In this document: positions 7,959 through 19,702 of the stretch, in pieces
How positions within the stretch are numbered: position 1 is the first letter of the stretch
Layout of the letters: each line of letters starts with the position of its first letter
Source of the DNA: Caulobacterales bacterium
GTDB lineage: Bacteria; Pseudomonadota; Alphaproteobacteria; Caulobacterales; Caulobacteraceae
Direction: 5' to 3'
Length of the DNA: 64,000 bases
Assembly: GCA_038250335.1 (NCBI GenBank)
Contig: JBBSCK010000001.1
Span: 625 to 64,624 of the forward strand
Translations under genes and position numbers: made by a program
Notes under the pieces: model-generated
What the model was told of the DNA's origin: nothing
Seen by the model: only the letters and a program-made list of their open reading frames with translations
Database searches by the model: none

Positions 7959-9322
7959 GAGGCTCGGACGGTCGCGGCCGGACGCAGGCCCTCGACGCTG
8001 GCCTGCAGAACCGTCGGCCGACGCTCGCCGCCGGCGGCGATGATGCGATCGATCCGGGCTTTTTCGGCGCGGAAGGCCACCAGCGGCTCACCGGCCAGAA
8101 CCGTACCCTCGTCGGTCCGGATGCCGGACGGATTGATCCGCTGGCCATTGCGCCAGATTTCATAATGCAGGTGCGGGCCGGTCGAGGCCCCGGTCGAGCC
8201 GACATAGGCCACGACCTGGCCCTGCGAGACGCGCTGGCCGGCGCGGATGCCCGAGCCGTAACGCGACAGGTGGCCGTAGCCACTTTCCAGACCGTTGGCG
8301 TGGCGGATGCGCAGCCAGTTGCCGTAGCCGCCCCAGCGTCGCGCCTCGACCACCACGCCGTCGGCGGGGGCGATCACGGGTGTGCCGGTGCTGGCGGCGA
8401 AGTCCATGCCCTGATGCATTTTGCGGAAGCCCGAGATCGGGTGGGTCCGGAAGCCATACGAGGACGAAATCCTGAAACCGCGATCCAGCGGGGTGCGCAT
8501 CATCGAGGAGCGCATGTTCTTGCCGGTGGAGTCGAAATACTGGGCCTCGCGCGCACCCGGCGCCTGGAAGCGATAGAAGACCACGCCCTTCAATTCGGCA
8601 TAGAGAAGATCGCCGGTATCGACCGTGCGTCCGTTTTCCGTCACGGCGCGATCGAACACGAGAGTGAACTCATCCGAGGCCCGGATATCGCGATCCAGGT
8701 CAAGCTTGTGGGCAAACAACTGGATCGCCCTGCGGCGCACGGCCGCGTCGGCGCCCATACGCTGGGCTGTGGCCGATAGCGAGCCGCGCACTTCCGACTT
8801 CAGGACTACGGTCTCCTGGGTGACCCGTTCCTCCAGCGCCCGCAGGCGGAGCGCGCCGTCAAAGCTGCGCGAGACCGTCAGCTGGCTGGCAGGGCCGGTG
8901 CGCATCGTCAGCCCGATCAGCCGCGCGTCCCCACGTCCGCCGCGCGGGCGCGATACGGCGGTCTCGAAGCGAAGTCCGGCACGCAACTGGGTCAGGTCGA
9001 AAGCGTTGGAAATGGTGGCGGCGACGGCCGAGGCGTCGGCAGCGCCGATGCCGGTGCGACGTACAGCCTGTTCGAAGGTTTCGCCACGGCGGATCTGGAC
9101 GGGAATGGCTTCGGGGGCGGTCAGCCCGGCCGGCGTCCCGGCGGCAGCAAACGCGCGGGCCTCGAGCGAGGCCATCTGTTGAGCGGTCAGTTGGGGAACC
9201 ACTTCCGCCTGGGCGGGTTGGTATACGCGGCCAGCCAGCATGGCCACGGTCACTGCGGCAGCGGCGGTCAGCAGGTGCGGCGCAAAGCGCATCGGCTGGC
9301 GGCGCGGATCGAACTGAGCCAT
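7955..9322 (-). CDS. M23 family (LytM-type) metallopeptidase
   Basis: C-terminal M23 signature HQGMDFAASTGTPVIAPADG...GYGNWLRIRHANG...GHLS...GSTGASTGPHLHYE. Hydrophobic N-terminal anchor. Start taken at ATG 9322; alternatives are 9292 and 9430. Confidence 0.85.
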   Translation of the reverse strand: MAQFDPRRQPMRFAPHLLTAAAAVTVAMLAGRVYQPAQAEVVPQLTAQQMASLEARAFAAAGTPAGLTAPEAIPVQIRRGETFEQAVRRTGIGAADASAVAATISNAFDLTQLRAGLRFETAVSRPRGGRGDARLIGLTMRTGPASQLTVSRSFDGALRLRALEERVTQETVVLKSEVRGSLSATAQRMGADAAVRRRAIQLFAHKLDLDRDIRASDEFTLVFDRAVTENGRTVDTGDLLYAELKGVVFYRFQAPGAREAQYFDSTGKNMRSSMMRTPLDRGFRISSSYGFRTHPISGFRKMHQGMDFAASTGTPVIAPADGVVVEARRWGGYGNWLRIRHANGLESGYGHLSRYGSGIRAGQRVSQGQVVAYVGSTGASTGPHLHYEIWRNGQRINPSGIRTDEGTVLAGEPLVAFRAEKARIDRIIAAGGERRPTVLQASVEGLRPAATVRAS

Positions 9323-9754
9323 CGGTCCCCGGCGAAAGACGACGCCATTCGGCGCCAAACTCAACGAAAGCAAGGATCGCGCCCAAGTCCCCCCGGCCGC
9401 AAGGCGGTTTCTATAGCTCGCCATTCTCATGATGGGAAGCAGGTTCGTTACAAATGATTAACCGCTATGATCCTGGTCGGTAATCGATGGGGGTTCGAGT
9501 ATTTCGACAGATCGCGGGACAGTCTATCGCCCAATCATGAACCCCGATGCTGACCCCAACGAATCGTCCCGGTCGGACGGCATGACCGTCTGCACTCTGG
9601 GTGTCTGCGGCGCCACTCAATGTGGCCTCGACGACACGCCTGTTTCCGCGCGATCGACTTGGTCGATGTTGGTCTGTGGAGCCGTCCCGGATCGAGACGG
9701 TCGGGGGTTCGTCCCGTGAGCGGGCTTCGCCCGCCCCGGCGCATCGTCCGCGCC

Positions 9755-12700
9755 ATGGCGATCGGCGCGCTGGTCGCGCTGCTGGTCGTGTCGACGCTGC
9801 TCGCCATCGTCTGGCTGAACCGGCGCGCTGCGGCGCGTGAGGTGCTGGTCGGATGGCTGGACCAGCGGGGCATCCAGGCCGAGGTCGAGGTGGAGCGGCT
9901 CGAGATCAACGGCTTTGTCGGCCGCGTGCGCATCGGCGACCCGGCCGACCCAGACGTGACCATCCAGCGGGTCGAGGTCGACTATGCGCTTGGCCTGCCC
10001 TGGTCGTCCGGCGGCATCGGCCTGACCCCGGGCCGGATCCGGCTGGTCCGGCCCGTTGCCCGGGCCAGCTGGCGTGGCGGCCGGTTGTCCTTCGGTTCGC
10101 TCGACCCGCTGATCGCCGAACTGTCCGCCCGGCCGCCGCGCCCTGACAGCCGGGGTCCGACCGTAATCGTCGAGACGGGGCGACTGCGTCTCGAGACCGA
10201 ACTCGGGCCCCTGTCGCTGGTGGCCGACGCCCGCGTCGACGACGGCAGGTTGATCCGGCTTTCGGCGCGGATGCCGGCGGCGTCCCTGCGCAGCGGCGAG
10301 AGCGAGGCGCGGGGGCTGGGCGGGACCCTGGAGCTGGCCACGAGCGGCGACCGTGTGGCCCTGGCGTTCGATGTCGCCGCCGCACGCTTTGCGGCTGCGG
10401 GTCTTTCAGGAGACGGCGCGCGGTTGTCGGGGACTGCCAGCCTGCCCTATCCGGACCTCAAGGCCCGGCGCGGAGACGGCCAGGCCGCAATCGATCTGAC
10501 ACTGACAGGCCAGCGACTGGCTGTGGGTGAGACCGCCGCCACCGATGCGACCCTGACCCTGGCCGGCCAGGGTCAGGTCGCCGGCTGGATCGAGACGCTC
10601 GACATCGACGGGATGGCAACAACCCGGCTTCGGGCCGCGAGGCTCACAGCGCCCGGCCTGTCCGCCCGGGCCGCCGACCTCGTGTCCTCCGACGCCCGTG
10701 TCCGCCTGGCGACAGGGGCCGACGGACCGAACTGGAGCGCTGACGGGCCCGTGCGTCTGCGCGCCGGTGCCGGTACCGCCGCAGACCTGATCCTGACCGG
10801 GCTCGACCTCGCCTCGACCCGTCTGGTCCTCAGTGGCGCGCCAGATGGCATCCTTGCCCGCGGCCCGCTTTCGGCCCGGGCGACGCGCGCGGCTTTCGAC
10901 GCCCTGTCGCTGGAGGACGCCAGCGGCCGGTTCGACCTCGATTTCGGCTCGGCACGGCCGACGGCGCTGATCCTGACCGGTTCGCTCGCTGCAGGCCGTG
11001 GAGCCTGGCCCCTGTTCGGCGCGGTTGCGGCCGATGACGTGCCCGAGCTGGCGGAAATGAAGCAGGCGCTCGGAAACTTCGCCCTCGACGTCCCCGTGAT
11101 GCGGCTGAGCAGCGGCGACGCCGGTGTCGCGGTCGTCCTCGGCGCACCGGCCCGGTTGACGCCGGTCAACGGGGGTGTCCTGACGCTCAATCCCGCAGGG
11201 ACGCCGATCTACACGGCGGGGCCCGGCCAGCAGAGGGGAGGCGGGGCCCTGTCGCTGACCAGCACGCGGGGGCGCGGCCTGCCCGAGGCGGCCTTCGCCG
11301 TGCCGGACTGGCGGCTCACCGCCGGAGGCTTTCAGGCCAGGCTGGACGGGCGGGCGGCGCTGGACTTCGGCCTCGCCCGGCGCCTGGGCCTCACCACGCG
11401 CGGTGTGCTGGCGACCGAGGGCGGACGCCTGACCTATGCGCCTGAGGGCTGCCTGCGCTTCACCGCACAGCGGCTGGAGCTCGAGGACAACGACGTCATG
11501 GACCTGTCCGGCGACCTCTGCGCTGACAACGGGCCGCTGGTCGTCTCGCAGAACGGCCGCTGGCGGGCCGGCGGCCGGCTGAACGGCGTCGCGGCCACCG
11601 CGCCCTTCCTCGCCATGGCCTTTGAAGACGTCGATGGGACGGCGTTTGCGACCGGCTCGGCCGATGGGCTGGGCCTGGAGGCGCGCATCGCCTCGGCCCG
11701 CGTCGAGGACGCCACCCGGCCCCGTCGCTTCAACCCCCTGACCGCGTCGGGCACGGCGACCCTGGCCGACGCGCGGTGGAACGGCGCCTTCGACCTGTCC
11801 CGCAATGAGACGGGTCTCGGTCGCCTGACCCTGGCCCATGACGGGACTAAGGGGCAGGGCGGCATCGCCATCGATGCGCGCTCGCTGATTTTTGCCGACG
11901 GGGGATTGCAGCCGGCCGACCTCAGCCCGCTGGTGGCCGATTTCGTCCAGTCGCCAGCCACAGGCTCGGCAGCCTTCAGCGGGCGGATCGACTGGGACAT
12001 CGCCCTGCCGGACGCCGGCTCGAGTTCCGGACGACTGATCATCCCGGGCCTCGACTTCGTCAGTCCCGCCGGAGCGGTAAAAGGCCTGTCCGGGACGATC
12101 GACTTCACCAATCTCGCCCCGCTGACCACCGCCCCGAACCAGACCCTGCGCGTCGCCACACTGGAATCGATCGCCCCCCTGACCGATCTCGATCTGACCT
12201 TCGCGCTGGACAAGGCGGCGATCGCCGTCGCCGGTGGGGAGATCAAGGCGGCCGGCGGGACCGTCCGGGTCGAGCCTTTTTCCGTCCCCCTGGACCGGCG
12301 GCCCTTCTCCGGCGTGATCGTCCTGGACCGGGTCCAGCTGGGCGACCTGATTGCAGGCGCGGGATTCGGCGACAGCGTGTCTCTCGACGCCGTGGTTTCG
12401 GGTCGCCTGCCGTTCACCTCGGACCCGGACGCCGGCGTGCGGATCACGGCGGGAACCCTTTTTGCCGCACAGCCCGGCCGTCTGTCGATCCAGCGCAAGG
12501 CCCTGTCCGGACTGGAGGCTGGGGGGGGCGGCGAGGTCCCGCCGGGCACGGTGGAGGACATGGCCTACCAGGCCATGGAGAATCTGGCTTTCGACCTGCT
12601 GACAGCCGAGGTCAACAGCCTCGACGAAGGCCGGGTCGGCGTGCTGTTCCACATCGTCGGCCGGCATGATCCGCCGCAACACCAGGAACTGCGCCTGACC

Positions 12701-12868
12701 CTGCCGGAGCTGATCAGTCGCGAATTCCTGAACCGGCCGCTGCCGCTCCCGTCCGACACGGGCATCGACCTGACGTTGGACACGACCCTGAACCTGAACC
12801 AGCTCGTCGCCGACCTGCTGGCCGTAAACCGGGCCCGCAACGGCGATCCTGACGCAGCCCCGCCGTGA
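9755..12868 (+). CDS. ydbH: YdbH-like AsmA-family intermembrane lipid-transfer protein
   Basis: About 1040 aa with one N-terminal TM (IGALVALLVVSTLLAIVWL), a long repetitive beta-rich body and a conserved C-terminal module. It is followed by unmistakable ynbE and ydbL homologues, as in the E. coli ydbH-ynbE-ydbL operon. Start at ATG 9755, or GTG 9716. Confidence 0.8.
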   Translation: MAIGALVALLVVSTLLAIVWLNRRAAAREVLVGWLDQRGIQAEVEVERLEINGFVGRVRIGDPADPDVTIQRVEVDYALGLPWSSGGIGLTPGRIRLVRPVARASWRGGRLSFGSLDPLIAELSARPPRPDSRGPTVIVETGRLRLETELGPLSLVADARVDDGRLIRLSARMPAASLRSGESEARGLGGTLELATSGDRVALAFDVAAARFAAAGLSGDGARLSGTASLPYPDLKARRGDGQAAIDLTLTGQRLAVGETAATDATLTLAGQGQVAGWIETLDIDGMATTRLRAARLTAPGLSARAADLVSSDARVRLATGADGPNWSADGPVRLRAGAGTAADLILTGLDLASTRLVLSGAPDGILARGPLSARATRAAFDALSLEDASGRFDLDFGSARPTALILTGSLAAGRGAWPLFGAVAADDVPELAEMKQALGNFALDVPVMRLSSGDAGVAVVLGAPARLTPVNGGVLTLNPAGTPIYTAGPGQQRGGGALSLTSTRGRGLPEAAFAVPDWRLTAGGFQARLDGRAALDFGLARRLGLTTRGVLATEGGRLTYAPEGCLRFTAQRLELEDNDVMDLSGDLCADNGPLVVSQNGRWRAGGRLNGVAATAPFLAMAFEDVDGTAFATGSADGLGLEARIASARVEDATRPRRFNPLTASGTATLADARWNGAFDLSRNETGLGRLTLAHDGTKGQGGIAIDARSLIFADGGLQPADLSPLVADFVQSPATGSAAFSGRIDWDIALPDAGSSSGRLIIPGLDFVSPAGAVKGLSGTIDFTNLAPLTTAPNQTLRVATLESIAPLTDLDLTFALDKAAIAVAGGEIKAAGGTVRVEPFSVPLDRRPFSGVIVLDRVQLGDLIAGAGFGDSVSLDAVVSGRLPFTSDPDAGVRITAGTLFAAQPGRLSIQRKALSGLEAGGGGEVPPGTVEDMAYQAMENLAFDLLTAEVNSLDEGRVGVLFHIVGRHDPPQHQELRLTLPELISREFLNRPLPLPSDTGIDLTLDTTLNLNQLVADLLAVNRARNGDPDAAPP

Positions 12869-12944
12869 CCGTTCAGAGCCCGTTCACGCGACACCGCGCA
12901 TCCCTTGTGCCACTGAGAGCGTTGAAGACCCCGGAGACCGCCGA

Positions 12945-13142
12945 ATGACCCTGCCACCGCCCCGCTTCCTGCGCTCTGCCCTGCTGGCCGTCGGTCTGGC
13001 CGCAGTCCTCTCGGGCTGTACGCCCACGATCCGGCTCGAGGTCGCTCCCATCCAGATATACGCCAAGCTCGACGCCGATGTCCGGGTGCGGCTCGACCGG
13101 GAGCTCCAGGACCTGCTGGCCGAAAACCCCAACCTGTTCTGA
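12945..13142 (+). CDS. ynbE: YnbE family lipoprotein
   Basis: 65 aa with lipobox LSGC. The mature part, CTPTIRLEVAPIQIYAKLDADVRVRLDRELQDLLAENPNLF, aligns with my recollection of E. coli YnbE (...GCTPRIEVAAPKEPITINMNVKI...DLF). Confidence 0.85.
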   Translation: MTLPPPRFLRSALLAVGLAAVLSGCTPTIRLEVAPIQIYAKLDADVRVRLDRELQDLLAENPNLF

Positions 13143-13522
13143 TGGAAGACACCCGCCCCATGTCCCTGCGCAAGCTCTTCGTTCTCGCCGCCGCCTTGGT
13201 TGCCCTGGGCGTGGCCGCTGGTGGCGTTTTCGCCCAGACGCCCGAAATGCGGAACCAGATTGTGGCCGCCAAGACCCAGGGCGTGGTCGGCGAGCAGGCC
13301 GACGGCTATCTGGGCTTTCGCATCCCCGCGACGGATCCGGCGCTACAGCAGGCGGTGTCCGACACCAATGCGGCCCGCCGCGAGGTCTATGCCACCAGCG
13401 CCCGCGACGTCGGCACGACCACGGAGGTCGCTGCGGCCCGGATGTTCGAGAGCCAGCTTCTGCCCCGCCTCGCCCCGGGCGAGTGGTATCGCAACGCCGC
13501 CGGCCAGTGGGTCCAGCGCTGA
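13142..13522 (+). CDS. ydbL: YdbL family periplasmic protein (DUF1318)
   Basis: Signal peptide, then AAKTQGVVGEQADGYLGF...NAARREVY...APGEWYRNAAGQWVQR, a typical DUF1318 pattern. The start overlaps the ynbE stop by 1 nt (TGATG). An alternative ATG is at 13160. Confidence 0.8.
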   Translation: MEDTRPMSLRKLFVLAAALVALGVAAGGVFAQTPEMRNQIVAAKTQGVVGEQADGYLGFRIPATDPALQQAVSDTNAARREVYATSARDVGTTTEVAAARMFESQLLPRLAPGEWYRNAAGQWVQR

Positions 13523-13603
13523 CTCTGCGGCGCGTTCCATGCGGCACGTTGATCCGCGCACCCTTTCGGGCCTAGGTCTGCGGCCTCTTCGAGGGACCGC
13601 CTG

Positions 13604-15652
13604 ATGACCGCCACGCCCGTCGCGACGCCGTTGAAGCGGGTCGAGTTGACCCTGCGCGCCCTCGTTCTGGGTTGCCTGCTGGCGGTCATCTTCACGGCGG
13701 CGAACACCTATCTGGGCCTCAAGGTCGGGCTGACCTTCGCCTCCGCCATCCCGGCAGCGGTCATCTCGATGGCCATCCTGCGGATGTTCAAGACCTCGAC
13801 CATCTGGGAGAATATGACCGTCCAGACCGTGGCTTCTGTGGGCGGAGCCATGAGTTCGATCATCTTCGTCCTGCCGGGCCTGGTCATGGTCGGCTGGTGG
13901 CTCGACTTTCCGTTCTGGGAATCGGTGCTGATCTGCGTCTTCGGCGGGGTGCTGGGTGTCACCTTCTCCATCCCCCTGCGCCGCGCGCTCGTGGTCGAGG
14001 CCAACCTGCCCTATCCCGAGGGTGTCGCCGCCGCCGAGGTCCTGACCGTCGGTTCGCGTGGTTCAGAACAGACCGAAAGCGCGGTGCGCGAGAACGCGGC
14101 CGGTCTGTGGGTCGTGGTCACGGGCGCGGTCGTTTCCGCAGGCTATGCCCTGCTGGTAGCCGGCCGCGTGTTTGCTGGCGAGGCGGCGCGGTTCTTCAAG
14201 CTTCCGGCGGCCCTGGGCGGCGGGGCGACCGGCCTGGGCTTCGGCATGCAGTTCGCCCTTCTGGGCGCGGGCCACCTGATTGGCCTCAGCGTGGGTCTGG
14301 CCCAGCTGTTCGGCCTGATCCTCGCCTGGGGCATCGCGGTACCGATCCTGACCAGCCCTGACACCATCGCCTGGCTCACCGCCAACGGCATTCCCTCGAT
14401 CGCCACCACCCTGCCGCCGGGTGTCGGGGCCGAGGACCTGGCCGGCACGGTCTGGAGCCGCGAAGTGCGGTTCATGGGGGCCGGGGTCATCGGCGTCGCC
14501 GCCATCTGGACCCTGATCAAGCTGGCGGGGCCGTTGATCGGTGGACTGACCTCGGCGCTTGCCGCCAACGCGCGCCGCAGCCACGGCGAGGCGCTGGACC
14601 GCACCGAACAGGACATTCCCCTGCCGCTGGTGGGCCTGATCTCGCTGGCCTGTCTGGTCGGCATCGCCGGTATCCTCGCATGGTTCGCCCAAGGCAATCC
14701 GACCCTGGCCGGATCGACCGCCCTGCTGGTCGGCGGCGGGCTGGTCTATGTCATCGTCATCGGCTTCGCCGTGGCCGCCATCTGCGGCTACATGGCCGGG
14801 TTGATCGGCTCCTCGAACAGCCCGGTCTCGGGCGTGGGCATTCTGGCGGTCGTGATCGCCTCGGTGCTGATGCTGGGGGTTCTGGCGCTCGCCGGCGTGC
14901 CCGCCGACCCCTCGGTGGTTGCCTTCGCCCTGATCGTGACGGCCATCGTCTTCGCCGTGGCCGTGATCGCCAACGACAACCTGCAGGACCTGAAGACCGG
15001 CCAGCTGGTCGGAGCCACGCCCTGGCGTCAGCAGACCGCCCTGATCGTCGGCGTCGGTGCCGGTGCCCTGGTGATCCCGCTGATCCTGAACCTGCTGAAC
15101 CAGGCCTTCGGGTTCGCCGGTGGCCCCCCCGGGATCGCCGACGAGCCCCTCGCGGCCCCGCAGGCGACGCTGATCTCGGCCCTCGCGCGTGGCGTCATCG
15201 GCGGCGACCTGCGCTGGGACCTGATCGGACTGGGTGCCGTCATCGGTGCCGTCATCATCTTACTCGACGCGGTCCTGAACGCGGCGATGAAGGGCAGGAT
15301 GAAGCTACCGCCGCTCGCCGTCGGCATCGGCTTCTACCTGCCGGCGGCCGTCACCACGATGCTGGTGATCGGTGCGATAGCCGGCTGGGTCTATGACCGG
15401 GCGATCAAGACCACGCGGTTCGCCGATGTGGGTCGCCGTATGGGTGTGCTGCTGGCGTCGGGCCTGATCGTCGGCGAGAGCCTGTTTCTGGTGATGACCG
15501 CCGGCGTCATCGTCTCCACCGGCGACGATGCCCCCTTCGCCATGCTGCCCGAGGGTTCGACCTGGCCGGCGATGCTGTCGGGGATCGCGGTCTTCGCGGG
15601 ACTGACCTTCGCGCTCTACGCCTGGGTGCGGAGCCGGTCTGCGAAGGTCTAG
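13604..15652 (+). CDS. OPT family oligopeptide transporter
   Basis: 682 aa polytopic membrane protein. The N-terminus ELTLRALVLGCLLAVIFTAANTYLGLKVGLTFASAIPAAVISMAILR is characteristic of bacterial OPT transporters. Confidence 0.88.
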   Translation: MTATPVATPLKRVELTLRALVLGCLLAVIFTAANTYLGLKVGLTFASAIPAAVISMAILRMFKTSTIWENMTVQTVASVGGAMSSIIFVLPGLVMVGWWLDFPFWESVLICVFGGVLGVTFSIPLRRALVVEANLPYPEGVAAAEVLTVGSRGSEQTESAVRENAAGLWVVVTGAVVSAGYALLVAGRVFAGEAARFFKLPAALGGGATGLGFGMQFALLGAGHLIGLSVGLAQLFGLILAWGIAVPILTSPDTIAWLTANGIPSIATTLPPGVGAEDLAGTVWSREVRFMGAGVIGVAAIWTLIKLAGPLIGGLTSALAANARRSHGEALDRTEQDIPLPLVGLISLACLVGIAGILAWFAQGNPTLAGSTALLVGGGLVYVIVIGFAVAAICGYMAGLIGSSNSPVSGVGILAVVIASVLMLGVLALAGVPADPSVVAFALIVTAIVFAVAVIANDNLQDLKTGQLVGATPWRQQTALIVGVGAGALVIPLILNLLNQAFGFAGGPPGIADEPLAAPQATLISALARGVIGGDLRWDLIGLGAVIGAVIILLDAVLNAAMKGRMKLPPLAVGIGFYLPAAVTTMLVIGAIAGWVYDRAIKTTRFADVGRRMGVLLASGLIVGESLFLVMTAGVIVSTGDDAPFAMLPEGSTWPAMLSGIAVFAGLTFALYAWVRSRSAKV

Positions 15653-15863
15653 ACCCGAGCGCGCCCGCGGGACTTGATCCGAGGGCCGGTCCGATCCCCG
15701 GATCGGGTCCGGACATGACGGAGTTTGTGACGAGAGCGGGTGCGACGGTCTTCCTGCCCTAGCCTTTCGCGCGCCCAGCCTGTAAGAGGCGCGCGCTCCC
15801 CGCATGACGCCCCTAACGAGCGGCCCCCGCATTCTGTCGGCCGCCATTTCGCATTGAACGACC

Positions 15864-17696
<1,833 letters not shown>

Positions 17697-17866
17697 GGCC
17701 TGGGCAGCAGGCGGTCTGAGCACTCGCGGCAAGCCCTGCGGACGCTCGCCTCCTGGTGCCTGTCTGGCACCCACTGGACAGGCCGGGGCGGCACAGGCTG
17801 ACCGATTGACCTTGCGGCTCGCCCGTGCGGAAATCCCGCACTTCTGCGTGAGGCGAGGGTTGGCGG

Positions 17867-19000
17867 ATGACGCTCGACCGGACGCGACGATGGGCGATGA
17901 TCGGATCGGCCGCAGCCGGCCTGTCGGCCTGTGGTCCGTCGGTGGCGCGGCCCGCGGTTGAGCCGGAACTGAGCGGCTGTGGCCCGGCCCCGGACAGGAT
18001 TGGCCCGGGTTTCGACCGGGTCGGGCTCGAAGCCTGTCTGGCCGAGTTCCAGACCAGCGAGATCAACTTCCATGGCCTCGCGATATGGCGCTCCGGTGCC
18101 GGCACCGCCGAGCGCTATCGTACGGGTCGGGACGAGACCGTCGGCCGGGGATCCGGCACCGTGGACTTTGACGCGTGCCAGCTTCACGATATCCGATCGA
18201 TCACGAAGTCCGTGGTGTCCCTGCTCTGGGGCATCGCGGAGGGTCAGGGCCTCACGCCGTCGCTCGATACGACCGTTCTCTCGCTCTATCCCGAGTTGTC
18301 GGCGCTCGCCCGCGAGGGTCGGGAGGCGATCACGATCCGGCATCTGCTGATGATGTCGACCGGACTGGAGTGGAACGAGGCGGACTACGGTGCCCTCTCC
18401 AACCCCGAGACGGCGCTCTTCTGGCGAACGTCCCAGGTCCGCCACACCTTCGACCGGGCGCTGGCCGCACCGCCCGGAAGCACGTTCAACTATTGCGGCG
18501 GCAACACGGCTGTTCTGGCGGACCTGTTGATCCGTTTTACTGGTCGGCCGCTCCCGCAGTTCGCCGAGGAGCATCTGTTCGGGCCTCTGGACATCAGCAA
18601 TTGGGCCTGGGTGAACGACTATCGGGGGCGACCTCTGGCCTTCGCGGGTCTGCGCCTTGCGCCCCGTGACCTCCTCACGCTCGGTCGACTCCTCGTCTCC
18701 GGAGGCCTGTATGAGGGGCGCCCGGTCGTGCCGGCCGCGTGGATCGAGGCCTCGACAACGGCGCAGATCGCCACGGGCGACGGGCTCCAGTACGGCTACC
18801 AGTGGTGGCTGGGTGAGGTGGAGGCACAGACCGGAAACCATCGCTACGTCGCCGGATTTGGCAATGGCGGGCAGCGGCTCTTCGTGGTCCCGGACCTCGC
18901 CCTTGTCGTTGCCGTGACGGCCGGCAACTATGGTCGGCCTGAGCAGCGTCTCAGTGGCGATCTGTTCCGCAAGGTTGTCCGGACCATCAACGCTGCCTAG
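17867..19000 (+). CDS. serine hydrolase (beta-lactamase-related), probable lipoprotein
   Basis: SxxK motif in IRSITKSVVSLLWG. Lipobox-like GLSAC near the N-terminus. Size and C-terminal GNGGQRLFVVPDL are typical of the beta-lactamase/esterase superfamily. Confidence 0.8.
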   Translation: MTLDRTRRWAMIGSAAAGLSACGPSVARPAVEPELSGCGPAPDRIGPGFDRVGLEACLAEFQTSEINFHGLAIWRSGAGTAERYRTGRDETVGRGSGTVDFDACQLHDIRSITKSVVSLLWGIAEGQGLTPSLDTTVLSLYPELSALAREGREAITIRHLLMMSTGLEWNEADYGALSNPETALFWRTSQVRHTFDRALAAPPGSTFNYCGGNTAVLADLLIRFTGRPLPQFAEEHLFGPLDISNWAWVNDYRGRPLAFAGLRLAPRDLLTLGRLLVSGGLYEGRPVVPAAWIEASTTAQIATGDGLQYGYQWWLGEVEAQTGNHRYVAGFGNGGQRLFVVPDLALVVAVTAGNYGRPEQRLSGDLFRKVVRTINAA

Positions 19001-19023
19001 TCTGGGCAGACTCTGGAGAGACG

Positions 19024-19629
19024 ATGGAGCCCTTTCCCGATCTCCCCGGATTTCGCTACTGGCCCCGACGGCTCGACGCGGAAGCCCAGACGGCCCTGCT
19101 GGTCCAGATCAAGACCGCCCTCGTCGTCGCGCCGCTGTACCGACCGCAAACGCCGGGCGGAAAGCCGTTTTCGGTGCAGATGAGCAACCTCGGGCCGCTG
19201 GGCTGGGTCTCGGATCGGGCCGGTTATCGCTATCAGCCGCAACACCCCGTCACAGGGGCCCCCTGGCCGCCGATCCCGGGCCTTCTGCTCGATCTCTGGC
19301 ACGATCTGGGCGGCTGGCCCGGGCCACCGGACGCCTGTCTGGTGAACCTGTACCGCCACGACGCCCGCATGGGCCTGCATCAGGACCGGGACGAAGCGGA
19401 CCTGACGGCGCCGGTGCTGTCTGTCTCGCTGGGCGATACTGCCGTGTTCCGCATCGGGCCGGCGGGGCCGGGCCCGACCCGGTCGGTCCGGCTGGCGTCC
19501 GGCGACGTCTGCGCCCTGACCGGTCCGGCACGGCTGGCGCGGCACGGGATCGACCGGCTGCTGGCCGGATCGTCCCGGCTGGTGCCCGGCGGCGGGCGGA
19601 TCAATCTGACGCTGCGGCGCGCGGCGTGA
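19024..19629 (+). CDS. alkB: Fe(II)/2-oxoglutarate-dependent DNA/RNA repair dioxygenase AlkB
   Basis: AlkB pattern: PLYRPQTPGGKPFSVQMSNLG..GWVSD..GYRY, LVNLYRHDARMGLHQDRDE (HxD), ARLARHGI and RINLTLRR. Confidence 0.9.
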   Translation: MEPFPDLPGFRYWPRRLDAEAQTALLVQIKTALVVAPLYRPQTPGGKPFSVQMSNLGPLGWVSDRAGYRYQPQHPVTGAPWPPIPGLLLDLWHDLGGWPGPPDACLVNLYRHDARMGLHQDRDEADLTAPVLSVSLGDTAVFRIGPAGPGPTRSVRLASGDVCALTGPARLARHGIDRLLAGSSRLVPGGGRINLTLRRAA

Positions 19630-19702
19630 GGTCACGGCGCGGTGACTCGACGGAAGGGCCCGGCCCCGTCACAGTCCGCAACGAACCGGCAAGGAGCGCC
19701 CC

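Noticed and set aside
9448-9462. CtrA-box-like TTAC-N6-TTAAC upstream of the M23 peptidase gene
   Set aside because: The spacing is N6, not the required N7, and the first half-site is imperfect. Only the TTAACC half-site remains, which is too weak to call.
15653-15863. Hairpins downstream of the OPT transporter gene and in the typA leader as terminators or a riboswitch
   Set aside because: The stems are short or bulged (CCGGTCCGATCC/GGATCGGGTCCGG), no U-run follows, and there is no recognisable riboswitch core. This is insufficient support.
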